Shown piece by piece: positions 50,601 through 59,726 of a stretch of DNA of 64,000 nt (positions are counted from its first letter, which is position 1; every line of letters starts with the position of its first letter). The stretch spans positions 271,402 to 335,401 of the forward strand of contig DAOVJY010000001.1 in NCBI GenBank assembly GCA_030632085.1, given 5' to 3'. The stretch comes from Candidatus Omnitrophota bacterium. Lineage in GTDB: Bacteria; Omnitrophota; Gorgyraeia; JAGLLT01. The notes under the pieces are model-generated. The model did not search any database. It worked only from the letters and a program-made list of their open reading frames with translations, and was not told the origin of the DNA. The translations under genes were made by a program, and so were the position numbers.

Positions 50601-50745
50601 TAATAACCGAAGCCGTAGGATAGGTCAAATCAGGCATAACCTCTACAGTTAACTTGGATAGAGATATAACACCTAAAACGACAATAATACCGATTAACAT
50701 CAAAACCGTAACTGAGCGATTTACAGAAAATTCAGGTAATTTCAT
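47623..50745 (-). CDS. RND permease (AcrB/AcrD/AcrF family)
   Basis: 1040 aa; LSIPLS, GMLVSNAIIVIENI, AAQFES, GVVVNNGIVLVD. Confidence 0.96.
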   Translation of the reverse strand: MKLPEFSVNRSVTVLMLIGIIVVLGVISLSKLTVEVMPDLTYPTASVISTYEGAASEDIETLVTKPIEAAVSKVKNVKTVDSISQEEISIIMVEFEWGTNVDFAAQDMRDAIGIVEDFLPEGIDKPIVIKFDPSIIPIIALGITGERDLRDLRTLVKDQIKDRLEMVDGVATCMIMGGREREIQVRIDKEKLKALNIPILQVVSILRYENLDLSGGHVTRGYTEYLLRTLGEFENLDQIRNTVITVREQKPVYLKDFAEVYDTHTEVRNYSRTNKKNGLILAVTKESGANDLEVASGIKKKLKEVKKDLPSDIKIYTALDQGRITQLMISTTAGDCFWGGLLAVVILFLFLRNWRPTLAIALSIPLSILATFIAVYFAGFSLNIMTMSGLALGVGMLVSNAIIVIENIFRHLEEGKNRNQAAIVGTSEVGAAITASTLTTIAVFLPLIYATGIAGKLSQGLALTVTFALIGSLFTALTLIPMMASKIFVKRKAKKDYELHFGERGFNFLKNWYKKTLTIALHHRVKVSLAAIAIFFVSMCFLPFVGKEFMPVIDPGLVIVKVKTPVGTSLEETDRVVKQVEDIMMRQKEADVLGTFTGLMEGSKVDIAFSGSGIGNTGVNEAMIFAHLVDKSERKRSSVQIQDAIRKQFPQIEGTKIEFLDLARFITSGGTGQIPIEIKIFGKDLIKLEQIANEIAAKIKPIEGLYDVDTTLRSGKPELRFVIDRDKASQLGLNVAQIASIMRANFEGQVATRYRTAGDEFDLRVQYRDEDAESFDDVKRAVIFSNLGSQHHLEDVAKIIEGKGPVKLYRENQKRKASIVANFSGRDLGSILNEIKAKVKETRLPSGYFIEYGGEAKRMRETFIALGSVFILALILVYMIMAAQFESLVYPLTVMFTVPFGLIGVILILILTGNSLSMVSLLGIIILVGVVVNNGIVLVDYVNQLRAKGMSKNEALIQGGVTKLRAVLLTAATAMFGMLPMAISSSEGSELRSPMALAVIGGLIVSTFLTLIIVPTVYSILDDIAHRTRKEVSKRLIGEE

Positions 50746-51665
50746 TGGGCATTTCCCTTAGTTTCTATAAAAACATTTGCGCCGTCCTTAAGGCCGTAGT
50801 TTCCCTCTATAATTACATCCTCGCCAACACTTAGCCCTTCTACAATCTCTACAAAATCTTTTTGATATATTCCTGTCTTTACTTTTTTCTTGTGGGCAAC
50901 AGAGCCATTAACAACAAAGACAAATTTGCGATTATTTTCGCTGAGCACTGCTTGAATAGGTACAATAAGGGAATTTTCTTTTTTCTTTAAAATGATGTCT
51001 ACCCTGGCAAACATTCCCGGTTTAAGCTGATGTTCTTTATTAGCAATTTCTATCTCTACTTCAGCTGTCCGCGTGCTAAGGTCAACTAAAGGAGCAATCC
51101 TTGTGATCTCACCAAGAAAAACCTCATCAGGATAGGCATCCACTTTGACTTTTGCCTCAGCTTTTTCTTTTAATCTGCCTAAATATTTCTCAGAGACATT
51201 CACCAACACCTTTATTCTATCAATATTAGCTACCATAATCACAGGAACTCTCATTATCGGACTTACACTCGGTTCAACTTGGGAACCTTTATCTAAAAAT
51301 TTTTTTATTACCATTCCATCGATTGGCGATTTGATCGATGCCTTCTCATATTTCATCCCCTCTATATCTCTGTCAATCAATACCAGGACATCACCTTTTT
51401 TTACTTTATTTCCTTCCTTGACAAGAAAGCTATCAATCTTTCCTGGAATCTTACTCATCAAGGTCACCATTTCCTGGCCGGCAATATTACCTACGCAAGA
51501 TATTTTATCTTCAACCTCTCCTTTTATAACCTGGGTTACCTTAACAGTAGGAACCCTTGCCTCTGTTTGACGCCCATCATTATTATTCTTTATCCCCTTA
51601 ATAATTCTAAAACCACCCAGTACTATTAAAAAAATTATTAAAGTTAAAATTACAAATTTCTTCAT
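50742..51665 (-). CDS. RND periplasmic adaptor (MFP)
   Basis: VKEGNKVKKGDVL, IKSPIDG, LKPGMFA. Confidence 0.93.
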   Translation of the reverse strand: MKKFVILTLIIFLIVLGGFRIIKGIKNNNDGRQTEARVPTVKVTQVIKGEVEDKISCVGNIAGQEMVTLMSKIPGKIDSFLVKEGNKVKKGDVLVLIDRDIEGMKYEKASIKSPIDGMVIKKFLDKGSQVEPSVSPIMRVPVIMVANIDRIKVLVNVSEKYLGRLKEKAEAKVKVDAYPDEVFLGEITRIAPLVDLSTRTAEVEIEIANKEHQLKPGMFARVDIILKKKENSLIVPIQAVLSENNRKFVFVVNGSVAHKKKVKTGIYQKDFVEIVEGLSVGEDVIIEGNYGLKDGANVFIETKGNAQ

Positions 51666-51667
51666 AA

Positions 51668-53092
51668 TTATTCGCCTCCTGATTTCTTTGCCGAAACTTT
51701 TGCTCTCTCCTTAGCCAAAGCTTCGGAGGACAAGTCAGCAGACAGGCCTATTGCTTTTTCTAACCTTGCCTGACTTAAAATACAATTATATATTGCTTCA
51801 AGATGGTTTGTCTGAGTTTCAGTTAATGCTAATTGAGCAGCCAACACTTCTACATTATCTACTCGCCCATTTTTATACCCAATCTGTGTACTGTTCAGAC
51901 TTTCTTTGGCTTGGATTACTGCTTTCTCTGATACCTTAATCCTCTTTTTAGCCTCTTCTAAATTTAATAGAGATCTCTTTACCTCCAAAGCAATTCCATC
52001 TTTTAACTGGGCTTGGAGATATTCTAATTCTCTTAGGGCAGATCTTGCCTGGCCTACCTGGACTTTAGTTTCTCCCCAATTCCAGATATCCACACTAACA
52101 TTCGCACCTACCATCCAACCTTCTTTCCACTCTATAATCGGCTCATCACCCTTATGATATTTATAATTTCCAAAAAGTCCTACTTGCGGCCAGTAATTAC
52201 TTTTAACTACACCAATACCCGCTTTAGCCATCTCGATATTATGTTTCATTTTATAAATCTCAGGCCGATTATTTTCAGCCTCTTTAAACAACCGGTCTAC
52301 GTTATAATCTTGTTCTATAACTTCAAATACATCAACCACATCCACAGGCAAATTTAGTTCCTTGGCTAATATAATATTAAATGAAGACTTTGCCAACTTA
52401 ACACCATTTTCAGCCTTAATGAGTGCCTGTTCAGCATTTGCCGATTGCACCTCAGTCCTTAAAAGGTCAGTTCTCGGAACAGTTCCGGCATTATAGAGGC
52501 CTCTTACTGTCTCAAGATGCGCCTTCATCTGCTCTACTGCATCCCGGCAAACCTCCGTATACTTTTGGGTCACTAATATCCCAAAATAAGCCTCCTTAAC
52601 TTGTAAGATTAAATTTTGTTTTTCCTCTTCATAATTATATTTTGTGGCCTCTAAATTATTTCTTGCCTGTTTATTTAAAGAAAGAATCTTGCCTCCCGTA
52701 AAGAGTGGCTGCCGGACTACAGCTTGGAGATTATATATATTATCATCGCCGACTTTTATAGATAAGGCCTGCGGAGTAAGAACACCTGCTTCCAAATCTA
52801 AACTTGGAGGTTCATTCAGATGAATATAGGAAGATTCTGCTTTAAATTTTGGCAAAAATAAAGTCTTTGCTTCCCAGATTTTTTCTTCGGCGCCGGTAAT
52901 TTTTTCTGAGGCGGCTTTTAACCCGTAATTATTTTCTAAGGCAATATTAATACTATCATTTAAAGTAAGCACCTCGGACGTTGTTTTAACTTCTTCAGCA
53001 TACGAATACATTGGTAGTAGAAGCAACAAAATAAAAACAACCGTATATTTTACTTTTTTCTCAACTATTGCCAATATCATTGAATTTTTCAT
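51668..53092 (-). CDS. TolC family outer-membrane protein
   Basis: ALENN, QPLFTGG, NRPEI, two OEP repeats. Confidence 0.93.
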   Translation of the reverse strand: MKNSMILAIVEKKVKYTVVFILLLLLPMYSYAEEVKTTSEVLTLNDSINIALENNYGLKAASEKITGAEEKIWEAKTLFLPKFKAESSYIHLNEPPSLDLEAGVLTPQALSIKVGDDNIYNLQAVVRQPLFTGGKILSLNKQARNNLEATKYNYEEEKQNLILQVKEAYFGILVTQKYTEVCRDAVEQMKAHLETVRGLYNAGTVPRTDLLRTEVQSANAEQALIKAENGVKLAKSSFNIILAKELNLPVDVVDVFEVIEQDYNVDRLFKEAENNRPEIYKMKHNIEMAKAGIGVVKSNYWPQVGLFGNYKYHKGDEPIIEWKEGWMVGANVSVDIWNWGETKVQVGQARSALRELEYLQAQLKDGIALEVKRSLLNLEEAKKRIKVSEKAVIQAKESLNSTQIGYKNGRVDNVEVLAAQLALTETQTNHLEAIYNCILSQARLEKAIGLSADLSSEALAKERAKVSAKKSGGE

Positions 53093-53694
53093 TTAACTAT
53101 CCCTGAAAAATATATTTTCAACAGCATAGGAACTTTTTCTACAATTGGATATTTTCTACCTTCTATCTGCCACATATACACAAGGCCATTTAGCATATTT
53201 GTCAAAATACCAATTGCACCCTTGACATCTATTTTCTTTATCTGACCTTTAGCTATACCCTGACGGAATACTTCTTCCATTTTATTGATGTGTTCATAAT
53301 AATGATCAAAGTATCTTTTTTGGATCCTCTTTTGGAATTCACTCTGTTCATGAATTAATATTCTAATAAGATTTGAGTTATCTTCAAAAAACTTTAAATA
53401 TGCCTCTATCGCTTTTTTTATCCTATCCAGCGGCTCTTTTTCTTTTACCATCGCCTCTAATACTAAATCCTTTAAATTTTCTATACCTTTATCCGCGACA
53501 GAGAGAAAAAGGCTTTTCTTGTCTTTAAAGTACCTATAAACCGTACCTTTTCCTAAACCTGCCAGGTTTGCAATTTCATCAACCTGGGTTCTGGCAAATC
53601 CCTTTTTAGAAAAAACACGAGCCGCGACATCAAGTATCTGCTTCTGCCTCATTTGGGTAAGTTCTTTTTTCTTTGCTTTATCTGTAATCTTCAT
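53089..53694 (-). CDS. TetR/AcrR family regulator
   Basis: ILDVAARVFSKKGF..T.VDEIA..AGLGKGTVYRYF. Confidence 0.96.
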   Translation of the reverse strand: MKITDKAKKKELTQMRQKQILDVAARVFSKKGFARTQVDEIANLAGLGKGTVYRYFKDKKSLFLSVADKGIENLKDLVLEAMVKEKEPLDRIKKAIEAYLKFFEDNSNLIRILIHEQSEFQKRIQKRYFDHYYEHINKMEEVFRQGIAKGQIKKIDVKGAIGILTNMLNGLVYMWQIEGRKYPIVEKVPMLLKIYFSGIVK

Positions 53695-53711
53695 TTTCCA
53701 ACTCCTTTAAG

Positions 53712-53731
53712 CGGACTGACAAGTCCGTCCG
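53712..53731. promoter_or_regulatory. Putative TetR operator
   Basis: CGGACTGACAAGTCCGTCCG near-palindrome between tetR RBS and minus-strand TTGACA (53760-65). Confidence 0.65.
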
Positions 53732-53815
53732 TTGTAAATATACACTACATTTCGTGACATGTCAAGAGACATTCTATCAAAATTTTCTCATGTATTTTTT
53801 TCAAACTCCTAATAA

Positions 53816-53885
53816 AAAACCCGAAAGATTAATTTCTTTCGGTTTATAATTTGGTAGCTCCAGGCCATGCTAACAATTAGGGATA
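53816..53885 (-). repeat. Array repeat copy 3
   Basis: Hairpin AAACCCGAAAGATTAATTTCTTTCGGTTT, then core TGGTAGCTCCAGGCCATGCTAACAATTAGGGATA (24/34). Confidence 0.85.
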
Positions 53886-53962
53886 CCTTCAAGCTCACCA
53901 ACGCAATTGAGTATTGCTAAATTACCTCTTAGAGCAGCACTTCGTTGACCACTTTTTTAATT

Positions 53963-54337
53963 TTATATGATTTCACATACTTTCCAACTTTCATCAACCC
54001 ATAACCCGATAATTTCAATTTCCCTATACCGTTGACGAAGAAATTCAATCGCTTTTTTAATATGTATCGCTTGCTCTTCTTTCGGTGCTGGATTCCCGGC
54101 GCAGTCATAGTGTCCCGCAATCGCAACTCCAATAGACTGGTGGCTTTCAATTGAAATCTTCAGTCTCGCGAGAATAGATTCTACTAATGCTTTATTGTTA
54201 TTTTCTGACAAAATCAGATTTGGCGCCGGCTCAGTAATAGAATCTACATAATCCACGTTGAAACGATTGCGCAGATAGCTAATCACAGGTATCTGAACAC
54301 GCCCATCCATACAGTTAATAACTGTGCAAAATCTCAT
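53963..54337 (-). CDS. Small beta-carbonic-anhydrase-like protein
   Basis: NCMDGR and HYDCAG Zn-ligand motifs; AGGAG RBS. Confidence 0.85.
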   Translation of the reverse strand: MRFCTVINCMDGRVQIPVISYLRNRFNVDYVDSITEPAPNLILSENNNKALVESILARLKISIESHQSIGVAIAGHYDCAGNPAPKEEQAIHIKKAIEFLRQRYREIEIIGLWVDESWKVCEII

Positions 54338-54562
54338 TATAGCTCCTTTTAGTGAATGCCCCTGTTGTTTAAGAACTTAATCCCATAATTATATCACACT
54401 CTGCCTTAGAGAAAACCTTTCTTAAATATTATAAGGCTTATAATAGGATACTATTAAGCACAACACCTATTTGATGTTACTTGTATTTCGCGTATTTGAC
54501 AAGTGTGGTGTTCTATGTTATGTTTATAATAGCTTCTTTAAAAAGAGAACAAAACCTTTAAA

Positions 54563-55288
54563 ATGATGATTGAAATTATGAAAAAAAGTATACGAGTACT
54601 CTCTATATTATTTTTTATCTTTTTAATCGGCAATCAGTTTAATAACTTAAAAGCCGCCGACAACTTCTTTAATAAGCGTCGGGAAATGGTTGAAACTCAA
54701 ATTGAAGAAAGAGGCATAAAGGACAAAGTTACCTTAGAAGCTATGCTTTCTACCCCAAGACACAAATTCGTCCCGCCGGCTCATAGAGCCTATGCTTACG
54801 CGGATCGTCCTTTGCCTATAGGCCATGGGCAAACCATATCACAGCCTTATATCGTCGCCCTTATGACTTCTCTATTAAATCTCAATTCCAAATCTGTTGT
54901 TTTAGAGGTGGGAACCGGCTCGGGATATCAGGCCGCGATTTTATCCGGGATATGCAAAGAAGTCTACACAATAGAAATTATTCCCCCTTTAGGCAAAAAT
55001 GCCGCCGCTCTTCTTAAAGAATATGATAATGTTACAGTTGAGATTGGTGATGGTTATTATGGCTGGGAAGAATATGCCCCTTTTGACGGCATTATGGTTA
55101 CCGCGGCAGCTACCTACATCCCTCCTCCCTTAATCAAACAGCTTAAGCCCGGCGGCAAGATGATTATACCAATAGGTGGTGTTTTTCAAGTCCAGAGATT
55201 GATGCTTATTACAAAAAAACAAGATAGCACTCTAATAAGCGAAAATATCATTCCGGTCCGCTTTGTTCCTTTAACCAGAGCGGATTAA
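54563..55288 (+). CDS. pcm: Protein-L-isoaspartate O-methyltransferase with N-terminal signal-like sequence
   Basis: PRHKFV, GQTISQP, LEVGTGSGYQAA, APFDGI.VTAA, VRFVPL. Confidence 0.95.
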   Translation: MMIEIMKKSIRVLSILFFIFLIGNQFNNLKAADNFFNKRREMVETQIEERGIKDKVTLEAMLSTPRHKFVPPAHRAYAYADRPLPIGHGQTISQPYIVALMTSLLNLNSKSVVLEVGTGSGYQAAILSGICKEVYTIEIIPPLGKNAAALLKEYDNVTVEIGDGYYGWEEYAPFDGIMVTAAATYIPPPLIKQLKPGGKMIIPIGGVFQVQRLMLITKKQDSTLISENIIPVRFVPLTRAD

Positions 55289-55300
55289 CTGTGAGTAATT

Positions 55301-57709
55301 ATGATAATAACATTTTTAACTCTTTTCTTAGCCGCTGTTGCTTTCTTAATATATGAAATACTGTTAATGAAAACCTTAAGCATAGTCGGCTGGAGCCATT
55401 ATGCTTATATGGTTGTAAGCCTTTCTATGCTGGGCTTGGGTTTTAGCGGCGTAATTTTAGGCCTCTTTCCTAAATTTTTCCGGCAAAACCGCGACATTTG
55501 TATATTAATCGGCGGTTTCCTGTTCAGCCTTATGCTGCCTATAACTTTTTACATAAATCAAAAACTGCCCTTAAATTATCTTTATCTGGTATGGGACTGG
55601 CGGCAGTTCATATATATAGGGGTAAGTTATTTTTTATACGGAATTCCTTTTTTAATAATCTCTACCATATTAGCCATTTTCTTCATTAGGCACCCTAAGA
55701 AAACAAATCAAGTATATTCGGTAAACCTGTTCGGTTCGGGGCTTGGTGTTTTCTGCGCTGTCGTTATTATGCATTATGTTCAGCCGGAAAAGTATATCTT
55801 TGTATGCAGTGTTTTGGGCGCTTTAATGGCTTTTGTTTGGGGACTAAGATACAAAAAGTTAAGCAAGAGACTTATTCTCAGCTTCGTTTTTATAATAATC
55901 TTTTTAATAAACTTCTTTCTCATCCCCTCTTCTTTAATACAATATATCTCTGAATATAAAGGACTGCCTTCGCTTTTAAGATTACCGGGAACAAAAATAG
56001 TAGATACATACTTTAATCCTTTCGGCTATCTGCATGTTGTAGAAGGCAAAAAGGTAAGAATAGCTTCAGGTTTGAGCATAACCTATAAAGAGAAGATACC
56101 GTTACAAAAAGCTATTACATTTGACGGTGATGCCCCCTCTCCTATTTTAGATCCGGACAATATAAGTTCCGCTTTTTTTGATGATTTAATTTTTTCAGCC
56201 GCTTATAGCGTTAAGTCAAAACCTAAAGTACTTCTGATAGGAGCCGGTGGTTTTGGCAACGCTCTGCTGGCTAACTATCATAACAGCAGATACATTAATG
56301 TATTAGAGATAAATCCCAAGGTTATTACAGCGCTAGAAAAGAATATGACAAGTTCTTTTGGCCGGTGGATAAAAAAGGCAAATGTAAAAATAACCAAAAC
56401 AGACGCCCGAAGCTACATAGAAAAATCTCAAGAGGAATTTGATATTATTCAAATGGATCCCGCCGGCACCCTGACTTCGTCCGCTTCCGGACTATTCGCG
56501 CAAAATGAAGACTACTTAAATACCGTTGAATCATACAAACTTTTTATAAATAGACTTGCCCCTGATGGTATATTTATGATAAGCCGGTGGATGAGCACAC
56601 CGGCAAAAGGTGGAATAAAATTATTCGCTACCGGAGTTAGGGCATTAGAAGAGCTCGATATAGAAAACCCCCAAAACAACTTAGTCTTGATTAAAAACTG
56701 GGACATTATAACCCTGCTGATAAAAAAAGAACCCTTTACTGCGACCGAACTAAAAAATATAAAAAATTTCTGCAATAAAAAACATTTTGATATTTCGTAT
56801 TTTCCCGAGATACAAAAATCCCAGGCAAACCGCTTTCACATTCTGCCTGAGCCAATATATTATCTGGCGGCGCAGAGCATAATAAACAAGCAAGCGCGAG
56901 AAGATTTTTTTACAAATTACATATTTAATGTTAGGCCGGCTGTTGACAATAAACCTTACTTTTCACATTTTTTTAAATGGTCCGCCCTGCCTTATCTTAT
57001 TGGAACTTTAGGTAGAGAGTGGATTCCTTTTTCTGAATATGGTTATTTAATGCTCTTGGCTTCTTTCGTTCAATCTTTGGTGGTAGGTGGATTACTTATA
57101 CTTTTGCCTTTAGGAATTTTGGTTTTTAGGCGCAAAAAAGAAAACAGCGTTAAATTTAAATTTAATACCTGGTTCTATTTTGTATTTTTAGGCTTATCAT
57201 TTATGATTTTAGAAATGGGCTTAATTCAAAAGTTCATCCTTTTTCTGCATAACCCTATATATTCCGCCTCTATTGTAATAGGTTCATTTCTTACCATCTC
57301 AGGTATTGGGAGCATGATAAGCAAAAGGCTTTTTAATAAACAGGTGAAATATCAGATAATACCTTTTATAATAATTATAATTTTAGCCATTTTATATGCT
57401 TGTTTTCTTGATCCACTTTTTTCCAAACTAATGGGATTAAATATTTATATTAAACTCTTGCTTTCGATTATAATTATTGCCCCTTTGGCTTTGCTTTTAG
57501 GCATTCCTTTTCCCCTCGGAATGAGAAAAATATCTCCCACCGGTGAAGTCAACACAGGTATAGCTTGGGGATGCAATGGGTTTTTCTCGGTAATAGGTGC
57601 TATTTTAACCCCTATATTAGCCATGCTTTTGGGGTCTCAAATCGTGATTTTGATAGGCGGGCTAGGTTATCTTTTGGCAATGCTTATGTGGAAGATTAAG
57701 TTTGACTGA
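55301..57709 (+). CDS. Multi-TM protein with central spermidine-synthase-like SAM-binding domain
   Basis: TM bundles at both ends; VLLIGAGG, LEINP, DAR, FDII, YLNTVES, DNKPYF. Confidence 0.85.
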   Translation: MIITFLTLFLAAVAFLIYEILLMKTLSIVGWSHYAYMVVSLSMLGLGFSGVILGLFPKFFRQNRDICILIGGFLFSLMLPITFYINQKLPLNYLYLVWDWRQFIYIGVSYFLYGIPFLIISTILAIFFIRHPKKTNQVYSVNLFGSGLGVFCAVVIMHYVQPEKYIFVCSVLGALMAFVWGLRYKKLSKRLILSFVFIIIFLINFFLIPSSLIQYISEYKGLPSLLRLPGTKIVDTYFNPFGYLHVVEGKKVRIASGLSITYKEKIPLQKAITFDGDAPSPILDPDNISSAFFDDLIFSAAYSVKSKPKVLLIGAGGFGNALLANYHNSRYINVLEINPKVITALEKNMTSSFGRWIKKANVKITKTDARSYIEKSQEEFDIIQMDPAGTLTSSASGLFAQNEDYLNTVESYKLFINRLAPDGIFMISRWMSTPAKGGIKLFATGVRALEELDIENPQNNLVLIKNWDIITLLIKKEPFTATELKNIKNFCNKKHFDISYFPEIQKSQANRFHILPEPIYYLAAQSIINKQAREDFFTNYIFNVRPAVDNKPYFSHFFKWSALPYLIGTLGREWIPFSEYGYLMLLASFVQSLVVGGLLILLPLGILVFRRKKENSVKFKFNTWFYFVFLGLSFMILEMGLIQKFILFLHNPIYSASIVIGSFLTISGIGSMISKRLFNKQVKYQIIPFIIIIILAILYACFLDPLFSKLMGLNIYIKLLLSIIIIAPLALLLGIPFPLGMRKISPTGEVNTGIAWGCNGFFSVIGAILTPILAMLLGSQIVILIGGLGYLLAMLMWKIKFD

Positions 57710-57711
57710 TG

Positions 57712-57745
57712 CGGAAGCCCTAACGGAAGTCAAACATTACGGATA
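57712..57745 (-). repeat. Array repeat copy 4 (core only, no hairpin)
   Basis: CGGAAGCCCTAACGGAAGTCAAACATTACGGATA, 21/34 ungapped; fills the 41-bp gap between two convergent stop codons. Confidence 0.7.
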
Positions 57746-57750
57746 GATAT

Positions 57751-58680
57751 TTATTTAACATAGGTATTTTTTAGAAATTTCTTAGTACTAACCTTACCCT
57801 TGGCATAATCTTCATGCCAGCTTTTAGGAACAGGCATATCTTTATACAACTGCCTGCGTTTAGCTTCAAGTAACATTCTGGGTCTTTTCATGAAATCGGC
57901 CGCGCAAATAACTTTTTTTCCTGTCTCAAGAGATAGGCGACTTAACCATCTAACTCCTTCCAAATTCCTCAACAAATGATGGTCAAGAATTAAAATATCA
58001 ACTTTAAAAGCAAGTTGTTTGGCGTTGTGCCAGGCTCTTTCAATTTGATTTTTAGAAAGTCTGGATAAATAAAGAGGAGGTCCACCAGTCAGTACTATAT
58101 TAGGAGACCAAGATAATATTTTAAAGATTGCTTCATCATTAAGGAGTTGAATATCAGAAGCATGTACAAATACATCTCTGCCTTCCTCGAATTTCGTCAT
58201 CATTACTGTCTCTGAATTATCATTTGCTTCTCCATGAGGCACCGATTTAGAAAAAGTCATTGGTCCTTTTCTTTTTCCTTCTACTGAAATCAAATTTTTC
58301 TTCAGGTTAAGAGACAAAGACTCTACTCGTTTTTTCTCAATAGCGGACAAATGGGACAAATCTTTGCTCAAAATCCTGATTTTTTGATTTAAGCCAATTA
58401 CTCTTTTAAGGGCGAGTTGATAAGGATTAGCATTTGCTAAAGGGATATGGTCTCCATGAAAATGGCTAATTACTATATCAGTAGCTTGCGACCATCTTTT
58501 TATAATCTTTTTTTGTATCCTCTCACCTACTGCTACCTGAATTGGATGGGGCAGCAAATCATATCTTCTATAACCTAAAGCTACTCCCGGGTCAATTAGA
58601 ACTTTACGGTTGCCGGTTTTTACAAAGCAACATAGACCTCTAACCCCTAAAGACTCAGCTCCTATAATTTCAATATCCAT
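57751..58680 (-). CDS. Metallo-beta-lactamase-fold hydrolase (UPF0282-like)
   Basis: AESLGVRG, IDPGVALG, SHFHGDH, HASDIQ, DHHLLR. Confidence 0.88.
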   Translation of the reverse strand: MDIEIIGAESLGVRGLCCFVKTGNRKVLIDPGVALGYRRYDLLPHPIQVAVGERIQKKIIKRWSQATDIVISHFHGDHIPLANANPYQLALKRVIGLNQKIRILSKDLSHLSAIEKKRVESLSLNLKKNLISVEGKRKGPMTFSKSVPHGEANDNSETVMMTKFEEGRDVFVHASDIQLLNDEAIFKILSWSPNIVLTGGPPLYLSRLSKNQIERAWHNAKQLAFKVDILILDHHLLRNLEGVRWLSRLSLETGKKVICAADFMKRPRMLLEAKRRQLYKDMPVPKSWHEDYAKGKVSTKKFLKNTYVK

Positions 58681-58970
58681 CTAACACCATTATTCTATCT
58701 TCTCCAAACGTGCTCATGGCAATTAGAAATGTCATAAGAATTAGGGATGTTGCTTAAAGTTTAAATTTACGCAAACACTCTATGCGGCTGTTGTTATAAG
58801 GAATTTTAATATTATACATACATATTATACATTACGCGTATATAATTTTCAAACTCAGTTCTTTGGTTCTATTTCGCATTTCATCTGTACTAACATAATA
58901 TATGAAGTTCGTATGATAAGGAGTTTGTGGCAAAATGAAAGATATGTCTGTTTATGAATCTTAGATAACT

Positions 58971-59047
58971 CAACAATAAACCCGAAAGAAATTAATCTTT
59001 CAGGTTGTTTTTATGGTAGCCCCAACCTGTGCTGTTCACTACGGATA
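58971..59047 (-). repeat. Array repeat copy 5
   Basis: Hairpin AACCCGAAAGAAATTAATCTTTCAGGTT; core 59014-47 matches 33/34. Confidence 0.92.
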
Positions 59048-59052
59048 CTTTA

Positions 59053-59391
59053 TTACACTCCAATAATTTCATTTAATCCTTCAACCACAAGACTTAACTC
59101 TTCAGGCAATATACTACCGGCTTTTTTTCCTAACCGCTTAACCGACAAAGTGCGAATTTGGTTTATTTTAACCCACGATTTTTTAGGTAATTTTGAACCG
59201 CTAAGTTCTAACGTTAACGGAAATCCCGCTCGCTGAGACTGACTTGTAAGAGCAACTGCTATAACAGTACCAGATCTTTCATTAAAAACTTCATGGCTAA
59301 GAATAAGTACAGGTCGTTTACCGGCCTGCTCGCTTCCTCTAACCGGATTTAAATCCGCCCAAACAACATCACCCCTCAATATTCCGGCCAT
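59053..59391 (-). CDS. PemK/MazF family toxin
   Basis: [33 protein letters not shown]. Confidence 0.95.
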   Translation of the reverse strand: MAGILRGDVVWADLNPVRGSEQAGKRPVLILSHEVFNERSGTVIAVALTSQSQRAGFPLTLELSGSKLPKKSWVKINQIRTLSVKRLGKKAGSILPEELSLVVEGLNEIIGV

Positions 59392-59618
59392 TGTTCAATC
59401 TCCTCCGAAAAACCTTCCTCCGCTATAGCTTGTTCAAATGAGGAGTCTAATTTCGCGCATTCCCTGGCAAGGCGGCTATGATCAAGGCGTGCCAATTTTT
59501 CCCTAACCGCGTCCTGCACAATCTTGCTTCTGCTTGGAAATACATGGGATTTAACAAGCCGATCTAATCTAGCCAACAACTTATGTTCAATACTAATAGC
59601 TACTTTTGATGTTCTCAT
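59376..59618 (-). CDS. RHH (CopG) antitoxin
   Basis: KVAISI..LL..LD, FPSRS..VQDAV; overlaps toxin start. Confidence 0.9.
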   Translation of the reverse strand: MRTSKVAISIEHKLLARLDRLVKSHVFPSRSKIVQDAVREKLARLDHSRLARECAKLDSSFEQAIAEEGFSEEIEQWPEY

Positions 59619-59726
59619 GATTGCCTCCTTTGGTATTACTATACATCATACCGGAAGTTTTTACAAGTATATTTTGAATCCTTGCTTTTATTTCGTAATT
59701 TGTCTGTAATAACATAAAATGAGGCG

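Noticed and set aside
58690-58960. attC half-sites or an ncRNA upstream of the MBL gene
   Set aside because: Isolated CTAAC/GTTAT words without convincing paired arms
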